64,000 bases of DNA from Convolutriloba macropyga (Eukaryota). Shown in pieces: positions 61,040 to 64,000 of this stretch (positions are counted from its first letter, which is position 1; each line of letters opens with the position of its first letter). The stretch is taken from positions 44,702,001 through 44,766,000 of the forward strand of contig NC_134476.1 of assembly GCF_964194025.1 (NCBI RefSeq). Reading direction: 5' to 3'. The notes beneath the pieces are model-generated. The model did no database searches. It was not told the origin of the DNA and worked only from the letters and a program-made list of their open reading frames with translations. The position numbers and the translations under genes were made by a program.

Positions 61040-61225
61040 AAAGAGCTTTATAAATCGAACCAATAAAATTTTAGTAAGAACGAGAATTATTGCGACTTCG
61101 TAACCAATGAGATCATGTAAAAGCAGTCGTAACCAATGAGATTTGAGTGTTCATCATGACGTAATAGTTATGTCATTTCTATTTTTAGTAACATCACGTG
61201 ACGTGACAATTGATGTCACGTGAGG
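61040..61225 (-). promoter_or_regulatory. Candidate Pol II promoter for the 60922 gene
   Basis: TATAAA at ~61046-61053, three AACCAAT boxes (~61058, ~61102, ~61131), TGACGTAA and two CACGTG motifs. Confidence 0.5.
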
Positions 61226-61261
61226 GAGAATTTATCAGTGAACACAAGCAACTGTTAAGAC

Positions 61262-61838
61262 CTATATTGGAGAGCACTTGTAGTTCGAGAAAGGAACATT
61301 TTGATGAAGTGGTTGGTTCTCATCATTGTCATTTTCCTGGATAGGAGGAAGAATGAGGTCTTGGAAATTGGGTAGATCGAAGATTTGTGATTTTGTAGAA
61401 AATGTATCAGCATGTTTGGAGAACATGTCTTCTACCCACCATACACCGTAGTGATTTATATCACGAGTACGGGAACAAAATACCTTTGCAGTCTTTCAGT
61501 GGATGAAATCCTTGTTCTTTTCGAATTCTCTCAACGGCTTGAAAATAAGTGGGGAGAGAAAGTACTGAATTGTTGACTTTTTCTTCGGCTAAGTGGAGGT
61601 TATGATGTCTAGCAGCCTCTAAAGTTCTCCACAAATCTTTCGGAAGTGTTAAGCTAGTAGTCTGTGTTTTTATTGTTACTCTTGTGCAATCCACCTCAAA
61701 GGATAATTCGATGTTGTTATTAGTTACTGTTGTTCTAAATTTTGATTCCTCTTTGTTGGGAACGAAATCTAAATCAGAATGAAATGTCGAAAGAAAAGAT
61801 GTTGAAGGAAATAAAGGAAGTGTTGGAGTATTTTGCAT
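61262..61838 (-). pseudogene. Polinton hypothetical protein, frameshifted near 61480
   Basis: ORF from ATG 61838 continues in another frame (CSRTRDINHYGVWWVEDMF...) to TAG at 61262. Confidence 0.55.
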
Positions 61839-61959
61839 TTTTTTATGACCACTGATTTTTAACTGAAACAAAACACAAAATGAACAGAGTTTCTCGGTCC
61901 TAGCTTATTTTAACATAGATTATACGAATGATATGATTTGTTAAAAAAATTCATTATAG

Positions 61960-62705
61960 TAAAACATTTTTACAAAAAAAAATTAATATAAAACGTTTAC
62001 ATAAAAAAACTTCAAAAATTGAAAAATGGAATAAAAGAAAAATAAAAAACCGCAAAATTTGCATTTTCTGTTAAAAACCTTATGTAAAAAACCGCATTTT
62101 TGAACGAAATTTATTTTAAGTAAAAACGATTTTTTTTTTCAAAAAAAAAATTACATTAAAAAACTTCAAAAACTGAAAAATGGAAAAATAGAAAAATAAA
62201 AAAACATCAAAATCTGCATTTTTTGCTAAAACCTTATGTAAAAAACGACAATTTTGAAAGACATTTAATTTAAGTAAAACAATTCTTTTCAAAAAAAAAA
62301 TAATAAAAATTTACATGAAAAAAACTGCAAAACTGAAAAATGATAAAATAGAAAAATAAAAAAACATAAAAATCTGCATTTTTTGTTATAAACCTTATGT
62401 AAAAAACAACTTTTTTTAAATAAGAAATATTCTAAAAAAATTAACATTTCTATAAAAATAATTATTTTTCAAATTAAACTCAAAAGTTCGAAAAAAATGA
62501 AAAACTATTTTTTTCTCGAAAACTAACAAATGGAAAAAAAAGAAAATTTCAAATTATGCATTTTTCATCAAAAACCTTACGAAAAAAAGACATTTTTCAA
62601 CCAAAATTGATTTAATTAAATTTAAAAAAAATAAATTTAAAATAAAAAAATTTACATAAAAAAACTTCAAAAATTGAAAAGTGGAAAAATAGAAAAATAA
62701 AAACA
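61960..62705. repeat. AT-rich ~150-170-bp subterminal tandem repeat
   Basis: TTACATAAAAAAACTTCAAAAAYTGAAAAATGG...AAACCTTATGTAAAAAA recurs about five times. Confidence 0.85.
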
Positions 62706-62735
62706 AAAATAATTATTTCCTTTCAAAAAAGTTCA

Positions 62736-62958
62736 AGTAGATAAGGTTAGCTGAAGTGCATTAGAGCGGATGCATTTCCCAGGGGTAATTAAGATAATTA
62801 CCCCTGGGTAATTACGATAAGATGACAGGTCTATTGTTCTCACTCTCTTTTTAGGTACATCTTTGGAAATTGGACGAAAATAGGCTATACCTAATGTTAA
62901 TACATAGGTACATCCTTTTACCCCCCCCCCCCCCCAGGTCTGCTCAGCTACTACTACT
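62736..62958 (-). repeat. Right terminal inverted repeat (223 bp)
   Basis: Matches 48339-48549. Confidence 0.97.
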
Positions 62959-63020
62959 CGTAGTGGTTAAGACGTCAGACTGCAGTCCTTGAGAGCTAGG
63001 GTGCGAACCCCTATGAGGTC
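62959..63020 (+). pseudogene. 3' part of a tRNA-like sequence split by the Maverick (5' part at 48321-48338)
   Basis: CGTAGTGGTTAAGAC D-loop/A-box; T-arm TAGGG-TGCGAAC-CCCTA with a perfect 5-bp stem. Confidence 0.65.
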
Positions 63021-63044
63021 GAGTTTGCACCCATAAAAAATTTC

Positions 63045-63172
63045 GGATCTATTCTGTTTTGCCCCCCCAAGCTAAGTGGGCTTTATCTTTTACGCCCCTA
63101 GGCGCACGTGCTATTATTTTAAGTAGTAACGTGCTATATAGCAACATATAATTTGTAACTGGGGGCGTAAAA
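63045..63172. mobile_element. Diverged copy of the GGATC MITE family
   Basis: GGATCTATTCTGTTTTGCCCCCC...GCACGTGC...TGTAACTGGGGGC. Confidence 0.7.
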
Positions 63173-64000
63173 AACACTAAAGGTTGCTATATCGCAGAGT
63201 TTTCAGTTCTCTGAAGCCTATTCTTCTACCACTAATAGCGCAGTTTTTTATCCCAATTTTTTGGAAAGGCCATGTGAGTTCAAATAGAAAACCGTTAGGA
63301 TAAACATTCAAATGCTTAAATGGAGTTACTGTACATCATATGCTCAATAAGATAGTATTTAATGGGAAAGATCTGTTATTATTTTTTTAATTGTTTTTGC
63401 TTTTCTAGTGTTTAGCTATGGCGCTGTAGGAGAAAAATTCGACTAAAACGTTGGACATAATGGTTACCCCCATCTCAATCTGCTGCGATAATTGCGATGT
63501 ACTATTCTCCAACCAAATGCTCTACAGTGGTCAGACTTGTGCTATTACAGGCCTGCTTTGTCCTCAGTGTGTTTCTTTTCACGCGAAAGTGAATCACTTA
63601 ATTGGCTCTGTCACATAATTCCTGCAAATATTCTGAACTATATGCCATGGAGAAACATGAAATATGTGATTATAGCTGAGACTGCAAACGTTCTGAAATC
63701 TAAGTTGAGAAGGTACCAACAAGGCCCAGAGAAGCTCCATTCGTCTGAGTACGAAGTTGATAATGTTTTTATGATCAAAACTAGAGCACAGGGTCATGTT
63801 GAACGGATCATTGAGAATTAAAAATTATAAGACAATTATGGACTTCATAAATAACATACAACGGACAATTATGGGCGACAAATTGTCAAAAAATAATGTA
63901 TTTACGACGGGATGTTCCGCCAAATGAACTGTAAACAACAAAAATAGGATGTAAGTATACAGCTGGTTTTGACGATGCTGTTTTGCGCGTATCTAAAGGT

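Larger units (their letters stand above)
48339..62958. mobile_element. Full-length Maverick/Polinton (adintovirus-like endogenous dsDNA virus), 14,620 bp
   Basis: AGTAGTAGTAGC...GCTACTACTACT termini, long TIRs, 6-bp TSD CGTAGT (48333-48338, 62959-62964), and pPolB, integrase, ATPase, protease and two capsid genes. Confidence 0.97.

Noticed and set aside
63492-63821. 109-aa ORF
   Set aside because: Non-ATG start and no recognisable motif.

Overview
AT-rich, repeat-dominated eukaryotic (probably invertebrate animal) DNA. The main feature is a complete 14.6-kb Maverick/Polinton (adintovirus-like endogenous virus) at 48339-62958. It has ~211/223-bp AGTAGT-ended terminal inverted repeats, a 6-bp target duplication (CGTAGT), a protein-primed PolB (ZnF, vOTU and Vsr-type domains) on the + strand, and a compact - strand block of ATPase, integrase, core-like protein, penton, major capsid and protease; several genes carry frameshifts or stops. 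Rejoining its flanks gives a tRNA-like sequence split inside its A-box. The window also holds: a G-rich satellite (1-4240) punctuated by five TATA + tRNA-like cassettes and ending in a ~420-bp palindrome; remnants of an older, different Polinton (~9.8-23.3 kb); a CRE-type non-LTR retrotransposon whose ORF starts with a chromo-barrel (Tudor-knot)-like domain; several CR1/L2 LINE relics, one with a ~1.04-kb tandem triplication; a decayed Penelope-like element; GG-ended MITEs with 8-bp TSDs; tRNA-derived SINE heads; and one recognisable host gene (NDUFA1-like). All family assignments come from motif recognition by eye, not from database searches.
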